Notes: a model not told the origin generated them from the letters alone. Positions 9,105-16,996 are shown, numbered from the stretch's first letter. The stretch: 32,000 nucleotides of DNA from Methylorubrum extorquens (GCA_900234795.1 LT962688.1:1830001-1862000); one strand, 5' to 3'. A program made the numbers and translations.

Positions 9105-9433
9105 TGCGCAGGCATGCCCTACCCGTTCTCACCGCCGTCGCCTTGAGCTTGCTCGTCGCCTTGCCCGTCGGGGCCCGGGACGCTTCGGCGGTGCGGGGCG
9201 AGGCGTTTGCCCGCGAGCACTGCGCCCGGTGCCATGCGCTCGGGCCACGGGGAACAAGCCCGATGCGCGAGGCCCCGCCCTTCCGCACGCTAGCCGGGCG
9301 CTTCCCGGTCGACGACCTTGCCGACGTCTTGGCCGAGGGGGTGGACCGCCGGCACCCGGCCATGCCCGACTTCCGGCTCGACCCCGCCGACGCCGCCGAC
9401 CTGGCGGCCTACCTCAAGGCTTTTCGCCGCTGA
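9104..9433 (+). CDS. Small periplasmic c-type cytochrome (109 aa)
   Basis: ATG 9104 overlaps the USP stop (TGATG). The product has a signal-peptide-like N-terminus (MRRHALPVLTAVALSLLVALPVGA), a single CXXCH motif (CARCH, 9221-9235) and a distal Met context (HPAMPDF). Confidence 0.85.
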   Translation: MRRHALPVLTAVALSLLVALPVGARDASAVRGEAFAREHCARCHALGPRGTSPMREAPPFRTLAGRFPVDDLADVLAEGVDRRHPAMPDFRLDPADAADLAAYLKAFRR

Positions 9434-9519
9434 ACCGGACCGACGACGGCCGGGCTGCCCCGTCGACAATCGTGGTGACCTGGCCCGTTCGGTAGGGCTT
9501 GGATGCCGGCTTCGGCGCC

Positions 9520-9732
9520 TTACTCGACGAAGCGCCAGCCGGTCTCTAAGGCGCGGAGTTCCTCCTCGTTCAGCGGGGCCGGCCATTCCGGCTGGTTCGA
9601 TGTCCGCACCTGGGCCGGCGCCTCGTCGCGCTTTGGATTCTTCGGCGCGGATTCGGTTTGCCGACACGCAGCGTTGCGCGTCTGCGCGGTCCGGCTGGTC
9701 GCGCCGCATCGTGACGATCTTCGCTTGAGCAT
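9520..9732 (-). CDS. Hypothetical small protein (70 aa)
   Basis: It starts 16 nt after the stop of the upstream USP gene on the same strand. GGGAGG lies 7 nt before the ATG. Third-position G+C is high. The sequence is basic and low in complexity, ending PEWPAPLNEEELRALETGWRFVE. Confidence 0.5.
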   Translation of the reverse strand: MLKRRSSRCGATSRTAQTRNAACRQTESAPKNPKRDEAPAQVRTSNQPEWPAPLNEEELRALETGWRFVE

Positions 9733-9748
9733 GGTCGACCTCCCGGTC

Positions 9749-10609
9749 TCAGTGGGCGAGGAACAGCGGAGTCGGGCTGCCCCGCAGGAGCGACCGCGTC
9801 ACGCCGCCGAAGAAGAATTCGCGGATGGGGGAGTGCCGGTAGGCGCCCATCACGATCATGTCGGCCCGGAACAGCCCGGCCTGGGTGCGAAGGGTGGCGG
9901 CGACGCTCTCTCCTTTCGGAAGGTCGTTGACGCTGATCCGCACGCCATGCCGAGCGAGGTGGGGCGCGAACTCCGCGCCCGGCACCGCTTCGTCGCTCTC
10001 CGCCTCGTCGCCGACCGAAACGATCTCGACCGCCTCGGCCGCGCGGAGGAACGGTAGCGCATCGTTGGCGGCTCGCGCCGCCTGCGCGCTCCCGTCCCAG
10101 GCAACGATGATCCGTCGCGCGGCGAAGGCGTCGTGTCCCGACGGGACTGCGATGACCGGCCGGCCACCGTATAACAAAGCCTTCTCGATCATCTCGCGGT
10201 CGAGGTCGTAGGTCCCTGGTCCCGTATCGAGGATTGTCAGGTCGTGCAGCCGGGCCCCCGCGGCCAACCGACTCACGATGTCCGGGTAGGGCAGGCTCGG
10301 CGCTTCCGTCGTGCAGACCAATCCGGCCTGCGCCGCGTCCCCGGCCGAGCGCTCCGCGATGGAGTGGGCCAGCGCGTCGAGCCGTCGGTCGATAACCGCG
10401 ACTTCCTCGTAATCGAAGTCTCCGAGCCAGGCGTCGTCGCCCGAGAGGCGCCAAGAGGCTGACTGGACCGTCAAATGGGCACCGGCGGCCTTGGCCAGCG
10501 TCAGGCCGTAGCCGATGGCAGAGGGGACGTCCTCGCGCTCGCCTTCCAAAGCGGTGCCAACGAAAACGTCGCGGATGGCCGCGAGGGGGGATGGGAGGTT
10601 TTTGGACAT
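9749..10609 (-). CDS. Universal stress protein, tandem UspA-domain type (286 aa)
   Basis: MSKNLPSPLAAIRDVFVG... through ...ADMIVMGAYRHSPIREFFFGGVTRSLLRGSPTPLFLAH. It is a paralogue of 16029-16889 and has the same length. Confidence 0.9.
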   Translation of the reverse strand: MSKNLPSPLAAIRDVFVGTALEGEREDVPSAIGYGLTLAKAAGAHLTVQSASWRLSGDDAWLGDFDYEEVAVIDRRLDALAHSIAERSAGDAAQAGLVCTTEAPSLPYPDIVSRLAAGARLHDLTILDTGPGTYDLDREMIEKALLYGGRPVIAVPSGHDAFAARRIIVAWDGSAQAARAANDALPFLRAAEAVEIVSVGDEAESDEAVPGAEFAPHLARHGVRISVNDLPKGESVAATLRTQAGLFRADMIVMGAYRHSPIREFFFGGVTRSLLRGSPTPLFLAH

Positions 10610-10666
10610 GGGGCCGTCTCCGGTGTGGACCGGCCCGATTGTTCAACCTCTCACGACGGGGCAGCC

Positions 10667-10680
10667 TTGATCCACCTCAA
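10667..10680 (-). promoter_or_regulatory. FixK/FNR-type box C (TTGATCCACCTCAA; the reverse complement equals boxes I and J)
   Basis: The proximal edge lies 58 nt upstream of the USP start at 10609. Read toward that gene, the sequence is TTGAGGTGGATCAAGG. Confidence 0.8.
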
Positions 10681-10931
10681 GCGGCGCGCACGATGCAGCG
10701 CAGGAGTCGTATCAAACCAAAAGTCGATCAATGACGGCCGCAAGCTGTGCTTGGCGGCTGTTCCAGCCTGCGAAAACGCAGTAGCTTCGCGGCTGCAAAG
10801 CCGTAGGGTGGTTCACGGCACGGTAGCGACGGCTCCGTGACTTGGCCTCGGCCATGCCAACGGAAGGTGTGATCCGCGAGCGCCGATGAACTCCGCTGTC
10901 TTGGGTCGAGGCACTTCCTCGGATGTGAACG

Positions 10932-12482
10932 ATGACGTCATCCATTGCCTCGCCGAGCACGGATCAAGGCAGCAACGGCACGCGGGCCCTCGAAGAGCTT
11001 CGGCAGACCCTCGACGAGGCCGGCGTCTGCATCTGGTCGCTGGACATCCCGACCGGCCAGGTCACGGTCTCTCCGACCTGCGCCCACCTCTTCGGCGTCA
11101 CGCCCGAGCAACTGACCACTTTCGCCGCAACACAGGCCTTGGTGCACCCTGAGGACCGCCCGGCCCGGGCGGAAGCCATCCAGCGAGCGCTGCGGGAGGG
11201 TGGGAGTTACGAGGTCGACTACCGGGCCCTGCGGCCGGACGGGCATGCCTGCTGGCTGCGCTCGCGCGGACGCGTGATTCTCGACGCGGACGGCCGACCG
11301 GCACGTCATCGTGGCGTCGTCCTCAGCATCCACGAGCAGAAGCAGGCCGAGGCGGACCTGTGCGCCCGTGAGGCACATCTCCGTTCGATCCTCGACACCG
11401 TGCCCGAGGCCATGGTCGTCATCGACGAGGTCGGCACCATCAACTCCTTCAGCACAGCGGCCGAGCGCCTCTTCGGTTACACGGCCGCAGAAGTCATCGG
11501 GCAAAACGTCAGGTTGCTGATGCCCGAACCGATGCGTGGCGAGCACGACGGCTACCTCGATCACTACCGGCGGACACGGGAGCGGCGCATCATCGGGACC
11601 AACCGGGTCGTGACAGGCCAGCGGGCCGACGGCACGACCTTCCCGATGGAGCTCGCCATCGGCGAGATGCGCTCAGGCGAACAGGTGTTCTTTACCGGCT
11701 TCATCAACGACCTTACCGAGCAACAGAGGACGCAGCAGCGGCTCCAGGAACTCCAGTCCGAACTCGTCCACGTCTCGCGCCTGAGCGCGATGGGTGAGAT
11801 GGCCTCCACCCTGGCGCACGAGTTGAACCAGCCGCTCGGTGCCATAGCCAACTACACCAAGGGTTGCCGCCGCCTGCTCGCAAATCCCGGTCCGGAGGCC
11901 ATCGCCAAGTCGATGGAGGTTCTTGACAAGACCGCCGAGCAGGCGCTGCGGGCCGGCCAGATCATCCGGCAGCTCCGGGAGTTCGTTATGCGCGGCGAGA
12001 CGGAGCGGCGACCAGAGCCAGTCTGGCGGCTGATCGAGGAGGCGAGCGCCTTGGCCTTGGTCGGCGCTCGGGACCAGGGCGTCGTCGCCCGCTTGCGGGT
12101 GGCCCCCGGCCTGAAGGCCGTGCTGGCTGACCGGGTCCAGGTCCAGCAGGTCCTGGTCAATCTCATGCGGAACGCGCGCGAGGCGATGCAGCAGAGTGAA
12201 CGGCGCGAGATGGCCGTCGACGCCCATGCGCTCTCTTCCGAGGTGGTCGAGGTCTCGGTGTCCGATACCGGCCCTGGCATCGCGGACGAGGTCGCCGACC
12301 GGCTATTCCAGCCGTTCGTCACCACCAAGGCGAGCGGAATGGGCGTCGGCCTCTCAATATGCCGCACCATCATCGAGGCGCATGGCGGTCGCCTCACCGT
12401 CGAGCGGAACGTGGCCGGTGGGGCCACCTTCCGCCTGACGCTGGCGACCGCCACCGAGGGAGACACGGCGAATGGCACATAG
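10932..12482 (+). CDS. fixL: Oxygen-sensing histidine kinase FixL (soluble; PAS, heme-PAS, HisKA, HATPase_c)
   Basis: The heme-PAS block [43 protein letters not shown]...[32 protein letters not shown] closely resembles Bradyrhizobium FixL as I remember it. The proximal His codon is at 11544-11546. The H-box reads [21 protein letters not shown], and N/G boxes follow. No TM segments are present. Confidence 0.93.
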   Translation: MTSSIASPSTDQGSNGTRALEELRQTLDEAGVCIWSLDIPTGQVTVSPTCAHLFGVTPEQLTTFAATQALVHPEDRPARAEAIQRALREGGSYEVDYRALRPDGHACWLRSRGRVILDADGRPARHRGVVLSIHEQKQAEADLCAREAHLRSILDTVPEAMVVIDEVGTINSFSTAAERLFGYTAAEVIGQNVRLLMPEPMRGEHDGYLDHYRRTRERRIIGTNRVVTGQRADGTTFPMELAIGEMRSGEQVFFTGFINDLTEQQRTQQRLQELQSELVHVSRLSAMGEMASTLAHELNQPLGAIANYTKGCRRLLANPGPEAIAKSMEVLDKTAEQALRAGQIIRQLREFVMRGETERRPEPVWRLIEEASALALVGARDQGVVARLRVAPGLKAVLADRVQVQQVLVNLMRNAREAMQQSERREMAVDAHALSSEVVEVSVSDTGPGIADEVADRLFQPFVTTKASGMGVGLSICRTIIEAHGGRLTVERNVAGGATFRLTLATATEGDTANGT

Positions 12483-13080
12483 CCTCGTGCACGTCGTCGA
12501 CGACGATCCGGCGATGCGGGATTCGGTCGGCTTCCTGCTCGACACCGCAGGCTTCGAGGTCGCGCTCTACCGGGGAGGGACAAATCTCCTTGCCACACTG
12601 CCGAGGCCGGCCCGGGGCGCCGTCCTAACTGACATCCGCATGCCCGGCATCGACGGTCTGGAACTGCTGCGCCGCCTGCGAGCGGGCGGCCACACGCTTC
12701 CCGTGGTGGTGATGACAGGACACGGTGACGTGCCGCTCGCGGTCGAGGCGATGAAGCTCGGGGCCTGCGACTTTATCGAGAAGCCCTTCAACGACGAGGC
12801 GTTGCTGCAGGCGCTACGTTCCGCCCTGGATCGAGCCGGACCGGCCGAGGCAGCCGACCCCAGCCTACAGGAATTCATCCGGCGGGTGGGGACCTTAAGC
12901 CACCGCGAGCGGCAGGTCCTCGACCAACTGGTCGCGGGAGGCACCAGCAAGGAGATCGGACGCGCACTCGACCTCAGTCCGCGCACCGTCGAGATCTACC
13001 GGGCAAAGCTCATGGCGAAGACGCAGGCGACCGGCTTGCAGGAACTGGTGCGCTGGGCAGTGCTGGCCGGCCTGGCCTGA
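12472..13080 (+). CDS. fixJ: Response regulator FixJ (REC plus LuxR-type HTH)
   Basis: It overlaps the fixL stop by 11 nt. The REC domain has VHVVDDD...[12 protein letters not shown] (Asp codon 12631-12633)...[11 protein letters not shown]. The C-terminal part is [40 protein letters not shown]. Confidence 0.93.
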   Translation: MAHSLVHVVDDDPAMRDSVGFLLDTAGFEVALYRGGTNLLATLPRPARGAVLTDIRMPGIDGLELLRRLRAGGHTLPVVVMTGHGDVPLAVEAMKLGACDFIEKPFNDEALLQALRSALDRAGPAEAADPSLQEFIRRVGTLSHRERQVLDQLVAGGTSKEIGRALDLSPRTVEIYRAKLMAKTQATGLQELVRWAVLAGLA

Positions 13081-13082
13081 GG

Positions 13083-13096
13083 TTGAGGCAGGTCAA
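13083..13096 (+). promoter_or_regulatory. FixK/FNR-type box O (TTGAGGCAGGTCAA)
   Basis: It begins 3 nt after the fixJ stop codon. It lies 74 nt upstream of ATG 13170 of the single-domain receiver and is followed by GG, as in the other boxes. Confidence 0.7.
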
Positions 13097-13169
13097 GGAA
13101 GGGAAAACGTCGTCGTCCTACGTTGTCCGCTTGAAAGGCGCCTGTCACCTGGGCATCGCAGCGAGCATC

Positions 13170-13559
13170 ATGTCGACACCTCTCCCTTCGCCCATCTACG
13201 TCGTAGACGACGACCCAGCGGTCCTGCAATCGCTCTGCTTCCTGCTCGAGGGCGAGGGGCATCGTGTCGAGGCCTTCGGCAGCGGGGCGTGTGTGCTGGC
13301 CGCATTCCCAGGACCGGAGCCGCACTACATCGTCGTCGACTATGTCATGCCGGCGATGGACGGGATCGAGGTATTCAGTCGTCTGCGCGCCCTCGACGTC
13401 CGCGCGCCCGTCGTCCTGATGACTGGCGACCCCGGTGTCTCGGTGCGTCGGCGCGCCCGCGAGATTGGATTGCCGCTGATCGAGAAACCGCTCGCCTACG
13501 AGCCCCTGCTCGCCATGCTCGCCACAGGCGTCGTCCTGTCCCCCAATGCCTCGCCCTGA
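13170..13559 (+). CDS. Single-domain response-regulator receiver protein (129 aa); candidate for a FixT-like role
   Basis: MSTPLPSPIYVVDDDPAVLQSLCFLLEGEGHRV...IVVDYVMPAMDGIEVFSRLR...VVLMTGDP...LIEKP shows a REC fold with an acidic pocket and the phospho-acceptor Asp. There is no output domain. Confidence 0.85.
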   Translation: MSTPLPSPIYVVDDDPAVLQSLCFLLEGEGHRVEAFGSGACVLAAFPGPEPHYIVVDYVMPAMDGIEVFSRLRALDVRAPVVLMTGDPGVSVRRRAREIGLPLIEKPLAYEPLLAMLATGVVLSPNASP

Positions 13560-13583
13560 TATCAGGGTCTCGCGACGTTCGGC

Positions 13584-13616
13584 CCGCCGCGAGTTTTTGC
13601 GGGCGCGGCGGCTTTC
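13584..13616 (+). terminator. Candidate intrinsic terminator after the fixLJ-receiver genes
   Basis: An 8-bp GC stem pairs CCGCCGCG (13584-13591) with CGCGGCGG (13604-13611) around a 12-nt loop, followed by CTTTC. The T-run is short, so the call is tentative. Confidence 0.4.
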
Positions 13617-13699
13617 GCGGATCGGCCCAAGGCGCAGCGTGAAGGGAGAGATGTGCGCGTTCCCCGATCCGGCTGACGTCAAGACTGACCGGCCCGGCA

Positions 13700-14092
13700 T
13701 CATGCGCCTTGATCTGGCGCAACCCGGCCCCGGCGCCCCGTGGTCAGGCGCCGGCGCGGGTCGGTGTCGCCCGCAAACGCACGCGAGTCCTGCGCATGCG
13801 CTGCCCAGGTCCGAGAGTACCTCGGCGACAGGGTCTCGCAAGGATGGTGGAATAGATAACAGCCGAACGCGGCAGTAGCCTCGCGAGCGGGATGGGGCTG
13901 GAAGCCGAACGGCAGGCTTCGATCCTCGCTCACCTCAGTTCCGAAGCTCCATGCGTGAGCGTGGACGAAGTAGGGGGTCAACAGCCCCTCACGCACGGCG
14001 CAGCACAGCCCCGGAGCGAACCGATGCTGAAAGACGCGATATCTCGCGGAGCGAAGTGGCCTGGCCGGCATCGGAACCCGTCCTGCTGACAT
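13700..14092 (-). CDS. Hypothetical Cys/His-rich protein (130 aa)
   Basis: It lies 57 nt downstream of the phasin-like gene on the same strand, and GAGGG lies ~8 nt before ATG 14092. Third-position G+C is ~70-75% by my codon-by-codon count. The core is RYRVFQHRFAPGLCCAVREGLLTPYFVHAHAWSFGTEV...CYLFHHPCE. The Arg-rich tail reduces confidence. Confidence 0.4.
   Translation of the reverse strand: MSAGRVPMPARPLRSARYRVFQHRFAPGLCCAVREGLLTPYFVHAHAWSFGTEVSEDRSLPFGFQPHPAREATAAFGCYLFHHPCETLSPRYSRTWAAHAQDSRAFAGDTDPRRRLTTGRRGRVAPDQGA
13709..13722. promoter_or_regulatory. FixK/FNR-type box K (TTGATCTGGCGCAA), orphan
   Basis: The 14-mer matches well, but no credible start codon lies 55-105 nt away on either strand. 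It sits inside the last codons of the candidate ORF 13700-14092. Confidence 0.5.
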
Positions 14093-14151
14093 TGTTCGCC
14101 CTCGGTAGGGAAGTATCCGTCTGCGTCGGGTCCGGTCAGGCGACTTTCGCG

Positions 14152-14469
14152 TCAGGCCACCTTTGCGAAGGCGGTGGCCCTGACGTCGTGCAACTGCGTT
14201 GCCGCCTCTTTCCGGTAGTCGTCCAAGCTTTTGGTCACGAAAGTCGTCTGGAGCTCGACGGCCTCGTTGAGCGAGCCGCACCGGGCCAGCGACGCAAGAT
14301 GCTTCGCTTGTTCTTCGAGGCGCCGTCCAGTGAAACGCATCGTTTCCGCCGCGAGGCGCAACGGGAGGTCGATGGCGAGGGTGCGCCATGTGGTCAGGGC
14401 GGCGCTGCGCGCCTCGGCCGGGTTCCCGGTACCCTGGGTGTGCGGATGCGGCGCGCGTTCGGAATGCAT
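14152..14469 (-). CDS. Phasin-like protein (105 aa)
   Basis: An internal ATG at 14469 has GGGGAG 6 nt upstream. The C-terminal two-thirds (…MRFTGRRLEEQAKHLASLARCGSLNEAVELQTTFVTKSLDDYRKEAATQLHDV…) resembles the phasin (Phasin_2) family pattern as I remember it. Confidence 0.55.
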   Translation of the reverse strand: MHSERAPHPHTQGTGNPAEARSAALTTWRTLAIDLPLRLAAETMRFTGRRLEEQAKHLASLARCGSLNEAVELQTTFVTKSLDDYRKEAATQLHDVRATAFAKVA

Positions 14470-14524
14470 CAGGATCTCCCCGTCCAATGATGCGGACAGG
14501 ATGCGCGGGGCAGGGAAAGAAGCC

Positions 14525-14538
14525 TTGATCCAGGTCAA
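14525..14538 (-). promoter_or_regulatory. FixK/FNR-type box D (TTGATCCAGGTCAA)
   Basis: A near-perfect palindrome. Its proximal edge lies 56 nt upstream of the phasin-like start at 14469. Confidence 0.8.
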
Positions 14539-14578
14539 GGGGGCTCAATACTACTCGCGCAGCCGCCAGCCGTCCCCG

Positions 14579-14592
14579 TTGACCTCGATCAA
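14579..14592 (+). promoter_or_regulatory. FixK/FNR-type box L (TTGACCTCGATCAA)
   Basis: A near-perfect TTGAC-N4-ATCAA. It lies 61 nt upstream of ATG 14653 and 40 nt from box D in the same divergent intergenic region. Confidence 0.7.
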
Positions 14593-14652
14593 TGCCTCGC
14601 CGCTGCCGCGCGGCATGCTCCGCCTAATGGAGCCGGTGAGCGGAGCGAAGTC

Positions 14653-14877
14653 ATGCCATTCGACCCCTTCGCTCTCATTGCCGCGGCGGCATTCATCTCC
14701 TGCCGCGCATCGGTTCGCGGGTTGCGCCACCATGCCGACGCCGTCACGTTCGTCCTAGCCCTGCTTGTTTACGCGCTCGTCACTGCCATCGAGTCACTGT
14801 TCTCGGCCCGTTTCGCCCTGATCATGGTTCCGGACCGTGCAAGTGGGTGGACGTACGGGACGGTCGGAGGGGGCTGA
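14653..14877 (+). CDS. Possible small membrane protein (74 aa) upstream of fixK
   Basis: The product is MPFDPFALIAAAAFISC...VTFVLALLVYALVTAIESLF..., with two hydrophobic segments. Third-position G+C is ~70% by my count. The start lies at promoter distance from box L. Confidence 0.4.
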   Translation: MPFDPFALIAAAAFISCRASVRGLRHHADAVTFVLALLVYALVTAIESLFSARFALIMVPDRASGWTYGTVGGG

Positions 14878-14900
14878 TCCCCGACTGAAGGCATACGTAG

Positions 14901-14914
14901 TTGCCCTTACGCAA
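14901..14914 (+). promoter_or_regulatory. Weak FixK-type box N (TTGCCCTTACGCAA)
   Basis: It fits only the relaxed consensus TTG(A/C)-N6-(T/G)CAA. It lies 66 nt before ATG 14980 and 87 nt before ATG 15001 of fixK. Confidence 0.3.
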
Positions 14915-15000
14915 ACCCTCTTAAGAGATCACCCGGAATTCCACTCACGCCCTGGCCCGGCCAAACTCTCCTTCATCCAATGCGGACGAGGAGCGAAGCG

Positions 15001-15687
15001 ATGGCCCCCGAGATCACCTTACTTCCCGCCTCCCACGTGGCTGCGAGCGTTGCGCTCGGCTGTAACGACAGCACCGTCCTCTTCGCGGGCTGCCCCGAAC
15101 TCATTGGGACGCCCTTCTCCTACGGCCGAGAGGAGGAGGTCTACGGCGAGGGCGAAGACGCCGAGTACGTCTACAAGGTGATCGAAGGCGCGGTACGCAC
15201 GCACAAAGTGCTGAACGACGGCCGGCGCCAGATCACGGGCTTCCACCTGCCGGGCGACCTGTTCGGCTTCGAGCAGGGCGAGGCCCACCGGCACACGGCC
15301 GAAGCACTCACCGACACCAAGGTGCTGATCTTCAGGCGGCGTGGGGTTGAACGCGCCGCGGCCCGCAGCGCCGAGGTCGCCTGCCAGCTTTGGGGTATGG
15401 CGACGAACAACTTGCGCCTCGCCCAGGATCTCACGCTGCTTCTCGGGCGCCGCACGGCGACGGAGCGCGTCGCCGCTTTCCTGATGGAGGTTGATGAGCG
15501 CCTGGGCGGCAGCGGGACCTTCGCCCTACCGATGACCCGGCGCGACATCGCCGACTACCTCGGCCTGACCATCGAGACGGTGTCGCGCACCCTCTCGCAG
15601 CTCGAAGAGGACGGCGCGCTGCAGCGACCTGGCGGACGCCGGGTCAGCCTCCGCCGAGCCCGCCTCCGGCGCGTTGTCGAGGACTGA
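15001..15687 (+). CDS. fixK: Crp/Fnr-family transcription regulator FixK
   Basis: ATG 15001 is preceded by GAGGAG 7 nt upstream; ATG 14980 is an alternative start. The cNMP-like barrel reads EYVYKVIEGAVRTHKVLNDGRRQITGFHLPGDLFGFE. The HTH is RRDIADYLGLTIETVSRTLSQL, with the E--SR recognition motif (codons 15574, 15583, 15586) typical of regulators that bind TTGAT. There is no N-terminal Cys cluster, so it is FixK-like rather than Fnr-like. Confidence 0.9.
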   Translation: MAPEITLLPASHVAASVALGCNDSTVLFAGCPELIGTPFSYGREEEVYGEGEDAEYVYKVIEGAVRTHKVLNDGRRQITGFHLPGDLFGFEQGEAHRHTAEALTDTKVLIFRRRGVERAAARSAEVACQLWGMATNNLRLAQDLTLLLGRRTATERVAAFLMEVDERLGGSGTFALPMTRRDIADYLGLTIETVSRTLSQLEEDGALQRPGGRRVSLRRARLRRVVED

Positions 15688-15748
15688 GAAGCGGCGGCAA
15701 GTGCCGGTCCAAGAACAAGGGCGGAATGTCGTATGAAGGAGCAGGCCA

Positions 15749-15988
15749 ATGCCCCATATCGTTGCAGCCTTGCTGGTGCTGTGCACCTCCGCCTGGGCGG
15801 CCCCAGCGCACCGGCAGCCCACGCCCGATTCCGTCCGATCGGGGGCGGAGTCCAGGCCCGCAGGACCTGAGGAGGCCGCACCCGATCCAAGCAAGCCGAG
15901 CAAGGACGCCAGCGAAGCAGATGCACGGAGTAAGGCCTGGGACCGGAAGGTGAAGAAATCGCTTGGTGGCGTCTGCAGAGGCTGCTGA
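15749..15988 (+). CDS. Small secreted protein (79 aa) ending in CRGC
   Basis: AAGGAG lies ~8 nt before the ATG. It has a signal-peptide-like N-terminus (MPHIVAALLVLCTSAWAAPA), a low-complexity acidic/Pro-rich middle, and a C-terminus KAWDRKVKKSLGGVCRGC. Confidence 0.55.
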   Translation: MPHIVAALLVLCTSAWAAPAHRQPTPDSVRSGAESRPAGPEEAAPDPSKPSKDASEADARSKAWDRKVKKSLGGVCRGC

Positions 15989-16028
15989 GGGGACGCCGCT
16001 GTGCCGTGACGTCCCTCCGCCTCCATTG

Positions 16029-16889
16029 TCAATGCGCGAGGAACAGCGGCACCGGACTGCGCGCGAGCAGCGACTGGGTCGCTCCCCCGAGGAACCACTC
16101 CTGTAGGCGGGAATGCCGGTAGGCGCCCATCACCAACAGGTCCGCTCGAAACAGGCCGACCTGTGTGCGGAGGGTCTCGGCGACGTAGCCGGCAACCGGC
16201 AGGACGTTCACCGACACGTTCACGCCGTGGCGAGCAAGGTGCGGCGCGAGCTCGGCTCCGGCGACCGAGGCCGACAGGTCCTTCTCGCCCACCACCGATA
16301 CGATCTCGACCGCCTCGGCCGCGCGCAGGAACGGCAGCGCGTCGTTCGCGGCCCGCGCCGCCTGGGCGCTGCCGTCCCAAGCGATGACGACCCGGCGCGC
16401 CCGGAAGCTGTTCCAGCCCGACGGCACCACGATGACGGGACGCCCGCTCCTGAAGAGGACTCCATCGATCAGGTCGCGGTCGAGATCGGCCTCTCGCGCT
16501 TCCGCGTCTAGGATGGTCAGGTCAGCGAGCCGTGCGCGTGCCGTGAGCCGCGCGATCAGGTCAGGGTAGGCCAGCATCGGTGCCTCGGCCGTGCACGTCA
16601 CGCCGGCGCTGGCTGCGTCCGACACGGAGCGTTCGGCAAGCGCCTGCGCGAGGTTGCGAAGGCGCCGGTTCTCATCCGCAACGAGGTCCTGGACGATTCC
16701 CCAGGCCCGCCCGGCGACGACTGTCAGGCGTCGGGCTGCGGACTGAACGGTGAGGTGGGCGCCGGCCATGCCGGCAAGCGAGAGGGCGTAGGCGAGCGCG
16801 TCTGCGGCTTCGTCGCCGCGGCCCTCCTCGGTGAGGCACACGAGAATGTCGCGGGTCGCGGCAAGTTGAGACGAGGAGTGGAGGGTCAT
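16029..16889 (-). CDS. Universal stress protein, tandem UspA-domain type (286 aa)
   Basis: An internal ATG at 16889 has GGAG 6 nt upstream and gives MTLHSSSQLAATRDILVC......ADLLVMGAYRHSRLQEWFLGGATQSLLARSPVPLFLAH. The 457-aa ORF extension to 17402 overlaps the 3' end of the ATPase gene and is Arg/Pro-rich. Confidence 0.9.
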   Translation of the reverse strand: MTLHSSSQLAATRDILVCLTEEGRGDEAADALAYALSLAGMAGAHLTVQSAARRLTVVAGRAWGIVQDLVADENRRLRNLAQALAERSVSDAASAGVTCTAEAPMLAYPDLIARLTARARLADLTILDAEAREADLDRDLIDGVLFRSGRPVIVVPSGWNSFRARRVVIAWDGSAQAARAANDALPFLRAAEAVEIVSVVGEKDLSASVAGAELAPHLARHGVNVSVNVLPVAGYVAETLRTQVGLFRADLLVMGAYRHSRLQEWFLGGATQSLLARSPVPLFLAH

Positions 16890-16945
16890 GTGGTGCTCCG
16901 AATGGCTCCGCTGTTCCCAGTCTCGCGTCGTGGAAGCGTTCCGCG

Positions 16946-16959
16946 TTGATCCAGAGCAA
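16946..16959 (-). promoter_or_regulatory. FixK/FNR-type box E (TTGATCCAGAGCAA)
   Basis: It lies between the ATPase stop (16997) and the USP start. Its proximal edge is 57 nt upstream of 16889. Confidence 0.78.
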
Positions 16960-16996
16960 GGCCCGGTACGTGCCGGCGGGGGGCATCTCCTGGCGG

